Assembly: GCA_013265495.1 (NCBI GenBank)
Contig: MU059953.1
Span: 4,922,501 to 4,986,500 of the forward strand
Direction of reading: 5' to 3'
Origin: Vicugna vicugna
Taxonomy: Eukaryota
Length of the DNA: 64,000 nt
Shown piece after piece: positions 1 to 13,045 of this stretch. The notes beneath the pieces were generated by a model, which had not been told where the DNA came from, made no database searches, and saw only the letters and a program-made list of their open reading frames with translations. The position numbers and the translations under genes are program-made. Each line of letters starts with the position of its first letter. Within the stretch, counting starts at the first letter, position 1.

Positions 1-1419
1 GGTTCTCCCTCATCTCGCTCCACTTGAGAAGCTAATTTTGGAAACCCCGCTGGATGGGACCATGGGACTTGGCGTCCTCAAATGGCACTGCAGTTCGCTC
101 GGGGAGCTGGAAGGGGAGCCACACATGCAGAGGAGGAGCAGGGAGCACAGGTGTCCTCCATGTCCCCCCACAACAGGACTCGCCATCAGTGAGCATGCAG
201 CACACGGCTGCACACGCAACAGCAGTGGAGCCACCGCACTTGCGGAGGAAAGCATCCGTTTGGAGGTTATGGGGCCCAGCTCACCCCGACAGATGCCTGC
301 TGTGGTTCAGTGCCCTCCCCAGCTGGCTGCACACCTGGCTCTCGGAGTCCCATCAGAGTCCCACGCAGGGCGGCCCTCTGTACATTCACAGCCTTTGGAG
401 CCAAAGGAACCTAACTTCCGACTCATCTGGCTACTCCCCACCTTTTACACAGTGGGGAGACAGCCCTGCGGGGCCGAGCACCACCCCCAAGATCATGCAC
501 TTAGCACCCCAGAACCTGGTTCTGTCTCAGCTGGACCCGAGAGGAGCCTAAGCTAGACCCGCGGCAACAGGTGACTCACACGGATCTGTGCCCTGGCACT
601 GGGACGTCGTCACAAAGGTCGGCTTCCCCCAGCCCCTAGGAATCTGCCCTAATCTGGATAAAGACAGAGAGGGCAGAAAATAGGGAAAGATAAGAAGAGA
701 CAAAAGGAAAGACAGAAGGGAAGGGAAGAAAGAAAACACCAGAAAAAAGACAAAGTTGGGGATGAAAAGCATATCACACATAATTCATGCTTTCCAATTT
801 TTAGGTCCAGATTTTCAACATTTCTGGGAACAGGAAGACAGAATCTTCTCTGCAACCCACTGAAAGAGTCAAGCATGTCCCAGAGACACAGGTCCAGGGA
901 GGCCCCGGGAGGCTGTAAGCCCCACGGTGACGCCCTGCACGGCTGCCCGTCCCCGGGGATGACTGAACCCCCCCCCACCCCCTGCCCAGAGCAGGCGGGC
1001 CAGGCCTCACACAGTCCACCGGCGTGATGTGGATACTGCAGCCATTTCCATGACAACACCCACAATCTACAGGACAGAAAAATAAAGCCGAAACTACAGA
1101 CCTGAATAAAAGGGCTCAACCCCTTCCCTAATGTACATAATTAAAGAGGATCTCCATCTTAGTGCCAATAAGGGATTGCATTTCTTGGACTAATAAAAGC
1201 AGTATATGAAACACATACAGATGGTTATAAGAGATGGGGAGGGAGGAGCATGGGAGTGTGTGATGGTCACAACTGGGAGAGAGCCTCCTGCCCGCTCCCC
1301 ACACTACCCCACACCCTGCCCTGGTGGGAATGACGGCTATTTCATGAAGGTTCGTCTGCTCCGAGGACCAATGACACAGAGCATCTTTCACACGTTTATG
1401 CGCTGTTCTGAATTCGCCT

Positions 1420-2750
1420 TTTGCCCTTTGAAAAAAACCGGGTCATTTGCCTTTTTCTCCCCGATTCAGGAGAATTCTTTAAAAGCCGTGACCAGCACCC
1501 CTCTACCAGTCACATGTTGCCGACAGCCTGTCAGAGACTACGGCTTCCTTCTCTAAGGTCACGTTTATCGGTCTTTCTTTCAAAGCTTTCGCTTTTGGTG
1601 TCAGGTTGAAGAAGTTCTCCCCCACCGGGAGGCTGCAGACATATTTTCCCGTATTGTCATCTGAAAGTTTGTGGTTTCCCTTTTACGTGTAAGTCTCTCC
1701 TCGCTCTGGTATTGATTTCTTTATATGACATAAAGCAGGCTTTTGATGTTTTGGCTTCTTTCCCATGAGAACAGCCAAGCGCCTCATCGCCGTTACTAGG
1801 ACGTCTTCCTTTACCTGCTCATCAGCAATACTAGTTCTGCTACGAGACAGATCTCTGCCTTTTCGGCCAGTTTGTTCATCCCTGTGCCAACAGTCACACG
1901 AACTGCCATAACTTGACAGTCGTTCTTAACATTCGACAAGGAAGAATCTCTGCCTTCTTCAAAATCGTCCTGGGCCATCCTGGACCTTCACCCAACATAA
2001 CCGTTAGGGTCAGCTTATGAAGTCCCACACCCCATTAAAAAAGGAAAACGAGAAAGAAACTGACTGGGACTGCACTGTACCTAGAATCTGGGGAGAACAG
2101 AATCTCAACAATATTATGTCTCCCAGTCCATGAACGTGGAATAGCACTTCATTTCTCTCAAAAACGCTTCGGAGTTTTGAGTGTAGTGATCTTGAACATC
2201 TTTAGATTTACTACCAGATACTTGATATTTTAAGTACTACATACAGGATTTTCAATTTCAATTTCTGTTGCAGACTGGCTTTGAACTATAGCGTCTTGCT
2301 AAGCTCACGTTCATTCTACTCATTTAGCTGGTTATTCTGAACTGTCCACATGTGGAATCACGTCACCTCTGGTGATGAGTCTGTTCCTCCCTTCCAGACC
2401 AGGTGCCTTTAATTCTTTTTTCTTGCCTTATTCTACTGGCTGAGACCCGCGGTACGTTACTGAACAAAACCAGTGAAAGGGGACAGCCCTGTCGGCTTCC
2501 CGGTCCCACCGGGAACGTTGTCCCTGGTTCCCCGTGAGCGCGGTGCCTGCTGCAGGTTTCTGACAAAAAAAGGAAGACCCTGTACACCCACCTTGTCAAG
2601 ACTAGCTTAAAATCATACATGTGTCACTTCATTTTGTTAAGCTTTTCTGTATCAATTCATATTATTAAATAATTTCCCCTTCCATCTGGTAATTTCCCCT
2701 TCTCATGTCAAACCACCTTTACATTCCTGGGATAAACCAACTAGGTCAGA
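1420..2750 (-). mobile_element. Decayed LINE-1 ORF2 fragment (old L1M type)
   Basis: ORF 2363..2620(-) reads PVGPGSRQGCPLSLVLFSNVPRVSASRIRQEKRIKG, matching the L1 ORF2 reverse-transcriptase segment ([32 protein letters not shown]). The flanking DNA follows antisense L1 ORF2 with many stops and indels. Confidence 0.9.
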
Positions 2751-3139
2751 TCCAGTGAGTTTTGAGACAAAGGAAAAGAATAAAGCCATTCAGATATTAA
2801 GGGAGTCAAGCGAGGTCTGAAATCTTTTCTACTTTTGATTCCAAACAGTTGGAGACCTAGCCCCACCTTTCAGCCTTAGTTCTTCACTCGCTCCCTTTGT
2901 CAAGAACATAAAAAGAACTGGAAAAATTAATACTCTGAAATGTGCTTAGTGGGGCTTGTTTAATGTAGGTCAAAAAACTGAAATGGGGGTGCCAGAGCTA
3001 TCTGTCACTCGCCTTCTGTGACAGCAATGCACACCCATCCTCCTCCCAGAGCCCGTTTGCAGACTCACGGAATCGTCGGCATTCAGCAGCAGGAATAACT
3101 TGAAGTCTCCATTCCAGCCAGTTTTCCTATCCACTTTTA

Positions 3140-3690
3140 TTTTTCATGCAAACTTTTTATTTTCAAACAGCTGTGGATTTACAGGAAAATAAAAACCAGT
3201 AGAGTTCTCACACACTCTGCACCCCGCGTCCCCTGCGGTGGATGTCTTACATTGAATAGTACGTTTGGGTTATCGCTGACTGAAAGCTACACCTTACTCA
3301 GGTTTCCCCAGTTTTCCCCAAACGCCCTCCTGCCATCCCAGGACCACCCTGGACTCCACATGATGCTGACTCATCACATCTCCCCAGGCTCCTCTGGGCA
3401 TGACAGTTCCTCAGAGGATGTACGGGTCAGGTGTTTTGTCAAATGTCCCTCAACTGGGACTTGCCTGACACCATCCTGATGGGCCCGGGGTGGTGACTTT
3501 CGCAGGGAGACAACAAAGGTGAAGCCACTTCCGTCACGTGATATCACAACCCACAAAACGGCACACGGATGTGACCCTGACCACCTGGCTGGCCTGTGTC
3601 CGCCGGCCTCCCCATTGCAAAGGTGCATCTATGTTCCCTTTTGCCACGACACTCTTTGGGAGAAAGTCACCATGCACAGCCCACCCTTGT
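3140..3690 (-). mobile_element. L1MC/L1MD-like 3' UTR fragment
   Basis: Blocks such as ggtcaggtgttttgtcaaatgtccctcaactggg and actctttgggagaaagtcaccatgcacagcccac resemble the antisense L1MC/L1MD 3' UTR (recalled consensus). Confidence 0.8.
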
Positions 3691-4827
3691 AGAACACCCC
3701 AACCTTCCCCTCCCCGCTGCTTCTCAGGAGTCAGGATGGGCGCGCCCGCTCCCAAGGAGGCAGCGTGGAACCCAGGGGACAGAGGGCAGTGGGGCTCTGG
3801 GTCCCCAGGGAGAAGGCAGAAGTCAGGGAGCAGAGGGGCAGGGCTCGGCCAGAAACCCCAGCTGCTGCTTGGGGCCGCTGTGGGGCCAGGCCCCTCTGCC
3901 TGCATTTCTCTGACTCACTGTGCGTCTCTGCAGATTTGGGTGAAAATGAAGTCTGCACCTAAGGGCTTGGCGGGAAGCTGGCATATGTCCTAGCAGTAAG
4001 GATGATGGTACCCCTCCCCTTCCCACTGTTTCCCCTCCCCTGCTGCGAGTGCAGATCTAACAGGGAACCTGCTAGAAGGTCTGCAAAGGAACGGAGTCTC
4101 CTCCCTAGTAAATGTCTGGGTTTGGGCTTCCCCTCTGCCCCTCGGGCCCTGAAGGCTCCGGCACGTTTCCTGGACGTGGGGCCTTTGTCAGGAAGGAGGC
4201 GGCTTTCGAACCTGGAACTGCACACAGGCTGGAGACAGAGGCTCTCTCGGGGGGAAGGCGAGTCACTCAGTGTGGGGACGCGGAATTGTAAGCGCCCAAG
4301 GGCTCCCACAGGACGGAAGCCCTGGGTCCTTACAAACTAACTTAAGGAGAAGAGGCAGAGGTCTTGGGCTGGGATATTTGTGTTGCTATTAAACTCAGAA
4401 GAAAAAAAGTTTTTTAAAAACCAGTTAGTCTTTATAAGAAGAACAGCCCGTCTGCTCAGAGGCCTGGCTGCAAGGGAGGCAGCTCTGGGACACCCAGGCT
4501 CACCCACCACCCAGCGGGGCGAAGGGGTGCAGGGCCCCTCCACGCTGTGACTCAGCGGGGAACTCGTGGGGTGTCCCTCGACGTCCAGGTGAGGCCGGCA
4601 CTCCCTGCACCTGGCCTGTGGGGCCCTGGAATCCTCCCACTGGAAGTTTGACATTTTACCCATAAAATGTCACAGCTCGGAGACGGAAATGATTCCTCAG
4701 GTCAGCAGAACACTCACCTTCCCCCGGGCCCGTCCCCTGACGTGAACGCCCCGGAGCGGTCTCACGCTCCCTCCCCAGCAGGACTCGGCCCCCCGGCCCC
4801 CCTCCTTTGCTGCAAGGCCCCCCACCC

Positions 4828-4877
4828 NNNNNNNNNNNNNNNNNNNNNNNNNNNNNNNNNNNNNNNNNNNNNNNNNN
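4828..4877. other. Assembly gap (50 N)
   Basis: Run of N between C-rich flanks. Confidence 1.
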
Positions 4878-5414
4878 TCCCTCCCAGCCCACACCCAGCA
4901 GTGCCCCCTCCCCCCATACCAGCACTGGCCCACCAGGAAGACACCTCCCCCGTGAGTTTTGCTAAGAGCCTCCAGCATTCCAACCCATTAAATGTTTCTC
5001 CTCTGCATCACGCAAGTTATGGAAAAATAGCAAAGTTCTATAATAAAGCTTGTGTGCCCATTAATAGGAATTAAACTTTAATGAGATAAGTGTTATGAAT
5101 TCCTGAGGCACGTCCAACACAACTTACGTGCATTTATCAGAGAAAGTGAAAATGAGAGGCACACTGTTGTTCTTGCTAAACACTGTTTTTCCTTCAGGAA
5201 AGCTGGGCAGACTTTGAAAAGGTCAGGGATGATCTGAGGCATTCTTGGCCTCTGACAGTCAAACTGCCAGTTTATAGAAAATACGAGCTTACAGGAACAT
5301 GTTCAAAGGACACCAGGAGGCTGTAACCAGTCAGTGTGGGGACAGAGTCTACAGGACAGACGCCCCAGCTCCTTGGCGGGGGCGGCGGGGCCACGGGCTA
5401 CAGGTTGAAGACTG

Positions 5415-5745
5415 CAGAGGGGACCCTGATTTCAACAAATGGCTGGAAAAAGGCATTTTGTTAACACAACTGGTGAAAAGGGAACATAGCTTGATACAAG
5501 AAGATGTTTCGGAATTATTCATCCTGGGGAGTGTGATAATGGGTTTATTTCTGTTGGAAACACACACTGATGTTTTTATGTGGCATCGGGGATTTGTTTT
5601 AAATTCTCTAGGAAATAAAGCTGGGGAGGTGGGGGTGGTCCAAACGCTCAGGGTTTTGAGGGGCACAGGGGGTCTCACCGTGTGACTGGGAGTCAAGATC
5701 TCTTTTATATGGGTTTGACATTCTTCCCGATAAAAGAGCTTCTGA
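5415..5745 (+). mobile_element. Old L1M 3' end fragment
   Basis: gtgtgataatgggtttatttctgttggaaacacacactgatgtttttatgtggcatcggggatttgttttaaa resembles old L1M 3' termini. Confidence 0.5.
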
Positions 5746-8254
5746 GAGCTGGCAAGACAAGCCCTGGCTTTGTCGTCGATGGCCGGTGCCTGCGGGACCT
5801 GCTAAGTCTTCATCCTCCCCGGTTCCCTCTCTAGTACCCTGACACTCTCCAGTTTACTGCCAGCCCCTAGCAGTGCCAGCAGGCCCACCCTCCCGGCTCA
5901 CACACAACTCAACAAACACGTCCTGGGCATCTGAGCTGCGACACCGAGCAGGACGGAGGGCCCAGCGGATGCCGCACTGAGCCCAGCCCCGGCGACAGGG
6001 CACACGCCCTGGCCTGTCCCGCCTGGAGCGCGGGGTCCACGTGGCGTGGCGGAGGCCCGCTCACACAGCAGGGCCCACCTTCTGACACCAAAGACTTAGT
6101 CCAGGCAAACAGGACAGATGTCCAAGCGGCCTCTGCTCCAGATCCTCGGACCCCAGGCAGAGAGGCTGGAGCCGGGGGCGGAGGAAGAGTCGTGGCCTGC
6201 CACTTGGGACTCTTCTCTGGGAAATTTCAAAAGCGGGGAAGCGACGCCTGGCCGCTCCTCTCAGAGGGACAACCCAGGACAGAAGGCTCTGGCGGCGGGG
6301 AGGACACCGGGAGGGGCCGGCCCAGCCGGGGAAGGACCAGCGCGGGAGCCACGAGGGAGAGGGTGCGGGAGCACAGCCGCGCGGGCCACCGCCCGCAGGC
6401 CAGACAGAGCTGGCTCTGCCCCCCCTGGTCCTCCCCGGTCCGCGGCAGCACTTCCTGGGGGGAGTTTCTCAGCAAGTCTCCGGACGGTCCTCGGGGCCGG
6501 GCTGCTCCTCCCCCCTCCCCAGTGAGACACCAGCTCCCAGCTGTTCCCACCACGCGGAGGCCCAGCTCAGCCGTTGGTAAGTGAGCTAGAAAATCGGAGA
6601 ACACGTCCTGGCCCGCCCGCCCTCGTGAGCAGAAGGAGGGCGCCTGGCTGCCCCGCGGGCGGGGCCGGGTGGGCCACTCAGCACTGCTTTGCAGAGAACT
6701 TGGGGGCCTGGGGGGGGGAGTAACATCAGAGCAAAATGGGCGGGTCTCTCAGCGTCTGAGTAAGAGAACCCCAGGGAGCACGCAGGGAACCCGTATCTCC
6801 AAGACTAAGACAGAACTGTTTCTGGATACACACCTGCGATCACATTAGTAGAGACAAGTCACACACCACCAGCAGGGACGGGAAACTCGCCCTGACGCTA
6901 CCTGTCGATAACCACTTTCTCCGGCTGCTCAGAGCAACCTGCACGCGGGGCAGATCCAGAGGCAGACCCAGGTCAGCTGAGCCCCGGCTGCTGGTCCCCT
7001 GCGGATGTCCTGTTTTCTGAACTAACACCTCCTAACTGTCGAGTGACCTGAGGAACACAATTCCCACCTGAGTTCACCCCCTCACCCGGACGGAGGGGCC
7101 TCTGCGTGGGAGCAGGCTGTGTCCTGAGGCCCGGGGGGCTCAGGGTCGGACAGGCTGGCTTCCACCTCACACTGAGCTTCAGTTGTGATCGTGTGGCTTC
7201 AACTCGGACTCAGTTTCCTCGTGACTTAAGTGGAGTGTACACCAACACAGGAGTAAATAAAATAACACACATAACGGGCAAGGCAGAAAACACGCTCTCC
7301 CACGTCCCAGGCACCCCTGCGACATCAGCGCGCAGTCCCGCCTGCGCAGAGAACGCACGTCCCATCCCACAACAAGACATCTGATCGGGCAGAAGCAGCT
7401 CCTGAAAATGTGAGTCAGCAAGTGAAGCCACGTGGTGGATGAAGCCGCCTCCCAGAACACTTTCCACACTGCTGGGCCCTGAAAATCAGCTGGAAGGTGT
7501 CTGTGGTTAAGGGACAGGAAGCTGGAAAATAGGTACATTTTAATAAGCAGCTCACGAGAAGTGAGTCACTAACTGAAAACAGTAAGCCCCAACGGCCATT
7601 TGGAGAAGGTCTGCGGGGATGCTGAGTGTGTGGCTTGGGAGTGTCCGCGGGGACCACGCCCCAGGAGGCGGGAGGCGGAGACCAGGGCCGCGGGCCCTGC
7701 TGGCCTCACAAGCGTTGCTGCTCTCTGCACTGGAAAGGATCCCGTGGGCCGTCCCCTTTCAGGCACCGCTTCAGAGTGACCGAGCATCCGGCAGGCTCCA
7801 GTAAGGCTTCACGCCCGGGGCTGCAGCGCCTGAGAGCCACCGGGCTGGCCCAGCAGCGGCTGCCTGAGGGACCCGCGCCCCTGGGTCTCGTCCGCAATGC
7901 CCGCCGACCGGGTGCGGTGGCCACAGCATCTCGGGGTTAAAGACTTTCTCTCCAGCTCTCTTTAGGACAGTATTTGCTTCAATTCATGAAAAGCATATTT
8001 CACGTACATTTTTTGTGACTGAAGCTGACATTCTAAGTCAGAACTAACAGCCAGTTAGCCAATTAGCCACTTTTTATGACTTAGACGCTCATGTAAGTCT
8101 TCTTCCTATCAGCTCGGTCAGTCCACAGCCGGGAGACGAACGGCAAAAATACTATGATCATCTGCCTTTTAAAGACAAAGAAGGTCGGCCAGAGAGATGG
8201 TGAAGGTCGGCACAGTCAGGCCAGGAATGCCAAGGCCCTGCCTCCCCATGCTGG

Positions 8255-8760
8255 CCCATCATCCATCCATTCAGCAAATTCAACAGAACTAGTTACTGAC
8301 TGTCATTAACTCCAGGGTGCAGCCTTGAGCGACGCCAAGTCCCGGAACCCCAAACTCCCACTAGCGCAGAGGAGGTGACCATAAACAGCTCTCGTGGCAT
8401 CGTGTGCTGGAAATAAGTCACATGGGCAGGGGGTGACGAGGTTTATTCCTTTAGATAGGCCCTTGTGAGATGGTGACATCTCAGCACACACCTGAATGAT
8501 AGGCAAGAAGGAACCATGTAAACTATTCCAAGGAAGAGCATCCGACAGCACGTGCAAAGGGCCTGGGATGGAGCACACCTGGTGGGGTCCGTGCAGCGGG
8601 TCGCAGTGCGAGAAACAGGGTCAGGGAGGCAGCGGCACCTGAAGGCCACTGTGAGACTGTCTTTTGACGTGTGTTTTAAAGGCTCACTTCTGCTGCTGCA
8701 CAGAACATCAACCAAGGCCAGGAGGGCCCAAAGAGGGAGAACGGAAGCTGGAAGAAGAGC
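8255..8760 (-). mobile_element. LINE-2 3' fragment
   Basis: It opens with catccatccattcagcaaatt (L2 tail), then ggtgacatctcagcacacacctgaa, aagagcatccgacagcacgtgcaaagggcctg and gtgttttaaaggctcacttctgctgctg, all typical of antisense L2. Confidence 0.6.
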
Positions 8761-9213
8761 CAGGAGCCCAGAGAAGGGCAGTCGCACGGAGCTGGGCCAG
8801 TGGGCTGACTTGGGATTTGTGTGGAAGGCAGCCATTGTAAATTTCCAGTAGCCACATGGGAGGCAAGGCCATTCACGGCGCTAAGAGAGACCGGGAAAGG
8901 CTGGGCGGGTGGGCTCGTGCGGGGGCGAAGACAGGAAACCAAGGACATAGATCGCTGACCCTGCTCATTCTGGGAGATCTGCTCGTCACTTTGGAGAGCA
9001 AACAGCTTCTAAACCTCCCCTGACCCTTCCTCTATGATTTTCTCAGGAGAAAAAAAAGCTCAGGATCTGCCATCGGTTCAGAACTCCAGTTAGTAAATAC
9101 CTCCACTCGGTTTGCTCCGCTCGTCTTTCCAGTCGGTAAGTCCGCGCGCTGCTCTTCCCCGCCACCTCCATCCTTAACGCATTCTTTCCTTGAAATGCTT
9201 TTTACTGATTCAC

Positions 9214-9480
9214 TTTTAATTAAAATGTAATTGACTTGCAACACTGTATTAGTTTCAGATGTGCCACGGTCATTTGACATTTTTACACATTACAGAGCGT
9301 TCATCACGATAAGCCGTTACCATCCGTCACCACACAAAGTCGTCACAACATCGCTGACTTCGCTCCCTGTGCTGTACACAGCACCCCTGGGACTTGCTCG
9401 TTTTGTAAGTGGAAGCTTAGCAGCGTTCTTCACGGCCATCCCAACTCCCGCCCTCCCGACACCAGCGTCTTGGGCGGGTG
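9214..9480 (-). mobile_element. LINE-1 3' terminal fragment (L1MA9-like / laurasiatherian)
   Basis: tgtaattgacttgcaacactgtattagtttcagatgtgcc...catcacgataagccgttaccatccgtcaccacacaaagtcgtcacaaca matches the antisense L1 3' UTR terminus. Confidence 0.75.
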
Positions 9481-12400
9481 CGCTCTTCTGGAATACTAAG
9501 TCCTCTAGGGAAGCCACTAAAGGAAAAACAGGAACTCAGACGACACATTGTCCCCCCAGAAACCAGAGTCACCCCCGCGGTGCCAGCAGGCTCCACGGAC
9601 CTAGGCGGCTCTCGTGTCTCTCGTCCGTTACTGAGACGCACTGTCTGATGGAGGTTCTTTGTTTCAGAGCTTAACCGTCACCTGGAGGACGAGACCTTGC
9701 CGTGCGCTGCAGAGCAGGCACCTCCCAGGGCAGCTGAGCACCTATCACACTCTGAAGATGCTGTACGCTTCCTTCTGGGCTGCACACATGTCCTCACGTT
9801 AAATGAAACATCCTGGCTTAGCCTCACTTCCCTGGCGAGCACGCTGTCCGGAGCCTGGCACCTGGCACCCCCATGCCGACAAAGGCAGAGAGTCTGCCAT
9901 CAGGGGCCACAGGCGTGGAGGACACATCCAAGCAACATCCCCGTTTCGTCCTGGGCACTGGGCCCTCCCCAGAACCAGTGGGCGGTGGGCGACAGTGAAC
10001 TGTAGGCTGTAGCAGTGTGACCAGGCACTCATGCTGGGTGACCCAAGAACTGCCCACCCTCCCGGTAGCTGTCAGGGCAGCTCCACAGGGTGGACACCAG
10101 TCACCATCTGCTGCTGGGGACCATCACGGGCTCAAGACTGCAGGAGCTTGTCCAGGGGCAGGAGCAGTATGTGCAGAATCAAAACAGGGTCCTGAACTGC
10201 GTGCCGCTGGTGAGGGAGCCCCGGGAGTCCCGCCGGTTCCAGGGCTCGTGCTCAGCAGGGACGTGTGACATCTCCGAGGAAAAGTGTATTTCAAGGGCCC
10301 GATGTTGGAAGGTCCAGGAAAGGAGCTTCTCACCCGGAAGCTGCCAGGCTCTGCCCTCTGCTTGCAGCCTGGAGGGGAAGGATCATTTTCGGAGCCTGAC
10401 ACAGGACTGTCCCGTTCCAGCAGGACCCCCGCTGCCAGAGGTCACAGCCAAAGGAAGACAGCAGAGGACTGGCTCGGGAATCAGGCCAGGAGAGGGGCTG
10501 CCAGATCCAGGACTCAGAAACGGGCCTCCTCTGCCCACGCGGTACCGCCTCCACTGTGCACCCCACCGTTCATCTCGAGTCAACCTGCGGATGTAGCCGG
10601 CAACTTGGAAGAGGGCCTCCTCACAGGTCCCCGGCCCTTCCGGAGCGTGGCGCTCACAGAAGCGCCCGTGGTGGGCCGGCCGTGGGCAGAGGGCCTGCCG
10701 CAGGGCGGGAGCGGGGCTCCCAGCTGAGCTCTGCCCCGTCTCAGGACGTCTCGCTTTCTTTCATTCTCATACTGCCTAAGAATATCCAGCATGTTGTTTG
10801 TAAAACTGTATCGAAGTTCTTAGTTTTTTAAAGCATAACTTTATAAAAACAAGAAGGGGACTCAAATCCCACGCGGCAAAGGCACAGCTGTTAGCATCTT
10901 AGCTGCTGTGCAGAGAGACTGGAGTCTCCCAGGCAGGCCGTGCGCAGCCACGACCACGCCGTCACTCGCCCCACGACGCACGTGTGCCCTCACTGCCTGG
11001 AGGACGCGCTCCCGCTGCAGAGGACTGCCCGTTGTTCAGGGGTGTCCGTGTGCACGTGAGGCTGCTTCGTGCTTAAGTCCCACAGCACACCCCTTCCTCC
11101 CACAGAACTGGCTTCCCGGGTCCTCCGGAGGGCTGGGTACGACCTGCAGGAATCTGCTGTGTCTCTGTGACACATCACGTGGAGGCGCTCCCCAGACCAC
11201 AGCTCCCCGAACCCAGACTGACTGACCTCACTACGCCTCTCACTACCGTTTTACACATCACAAACCTGTTTCTAAAAATACACCGATCACTCTGCCGCGC
11301 TCTATTTGAACCTTCTAAAATAGTGGCACCGGCGGGAGCACACTTTGCTGTTGGACGCTGCCTGTGCTGATGTCAGTGACAGGGTACGGATTCCTGTCCT
11401 CTCCCTGCTTTTCAGCTTGTGGTTTCTGCATGATTACTGGGGAGTCCTGGGCATCCTCGGTGGGTGGCACCGAGCTTCAGAGCCGGGAGCCTGGTGCCAA
11501 AGCCCAGGCCTGTTCCAGGGTGCCCTTGACCTCACTCCAACAACCTGACATCATTTTTCACATCTGAACAACGGGTGAAAGGACACTCTGCACCTCGCAG
11601 GGCTGGCGGGATGCGATGAGCCAGCCTGGCTGTCACCTGGCTCGCAGGACCGGGTGCTGCAGAGACAAAGGCCGCCGGGGCGGTCCTCCCCCCAACTCCC
11701 GTCCGCAGGCTGGGCGTCCCCCAGGCTCCACGGCGTTGAAGGAGGGGAATCGAAAGGGGAAAGAGCAGAGCAGGAGGGAGGCTTCTGCCCCAAGAGCTCC
11801 AACGCCCCCTGAGGTCCCGTGCGCACCACCTCCCCCCCACTTCTCCCCGAGGGCGCAGACGGGGCCCCAGGCCAAATCAGGCAGGGGCAGACTCCTTCCA
11901 AATAGCCGCTCTGCGAAAAATGGCTGTGTTAAACAATCCTTCCAAATTTTGAAAGCTTCATAGTTTGAAGAACAGATACATCCAAATTTTAGACCAGAAT
12001 CCCTCATCTTCTGTGCTCTGTAATGGAGTAATTTTTGAATTAAGAAAAAGCAGAAACAAAGCACCCCACCCCCACATACCTGTGCACTCTTACTGTCCAG
12101 ACTGCTCCCTGCCAGCGAATCAGCAGTTAACGCTCCGCCTGCCCTGGGTTTCAGGGTGAACAGCACCCCCCCAGGCCGAGGCGGCGGGGGCTCTACCTGC
12201 TTCAGCCGCCCGCACCTCCCGCTGCCCGGCAGGCGTCCGGTGCACCCGCCAGGCACCGAGCAGAGCCGGAGCCTGAGCACATCTCTACCCCCAAGTTCAC
12301 CTCCCTTATCGGTGAAGCAGAATTGATGACCTAGCTCCGTTTTTTCATAAGGTATGATCATTCTTGGAACAGATGCATCACTCGAAACTCAACTCAGGGA

Positions 12401-12968
12401 AAAAATCACGTACCCCTCCGTGCACTCATTTGCCAACAGTGAGGAGAATCATGGGCAAAGGGAATCTGTAGGAATCACACCAAAACAAAACCCATGAACA
12501 GCAGCCTTCCTTAACTGCCCAATGCCTCTGGCCTGTACAGACGCAGTATGTCCGGCTACTGAGGCAGGAAGGCAGCCTGCAATTAGAATGAGCACCCTCA
12601 GGTGGTACCCGGTCAGGGCTGGTCTAGAGTGAAAGCATCCACAGACAGAAAAAAGGGCAACCCTTTTAACTCAGCTACAGGAAAGAGGAACTGGAAATCA
12701 CTGTGGTAAAATCCGGGCCACGTGGCTGACGTTCCAAATTCACAGGGCACCTGTAGCAAAAACCAATTTCACACTTTGGGAAACATAGATACTGCTAGTG
12801 TCCAAAACACAGAGTCGAACAATGTACAAAGTGGATCATAACTCAGGTTCCGGAGCCTTGCTGGACTTACGCACTAAGGACCCCTCACCTCCCACTGCAA
12901 GAATATGGAAATGGTGACCAGGAGACAGAATAAAGTCCCACCCCAACTCTAGACACAGAATTGAGCTC

Positions 12969-13045
12969 AAAAGGAGAAGGAAGGAAGGGAGGGAGGGAGG
13001 AAGGAAAGAAGAAAGGAAGAAAGGAAGAAAGAAAGAAAGAAGAGA
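12969..13045. repeat. Uninterrupted 77-nt homopurine (GA-rich) tract
   Basis: aaaaggagaaggaaggaagggagggagggaggaaggaaagaagaaaggaagaaaggaagaaagaaagaaagaagaga contains only A and G. Confidence 0.95.

Noticed and set aside
5299-5685. 128-aa ORF with natural-looking composition
   Set aside because: It largely overlaps an AT-rich old L1 3' fragment and has no recognised homology.
10090-10596. LQELVQGQEQYVQ resembles the start of a RhoGEF DH domain
   Set aside because: There is no pyrimidine-rich acceptor, the downstream residues do not continue a DH domain, and no other DH or PH exons are visible.
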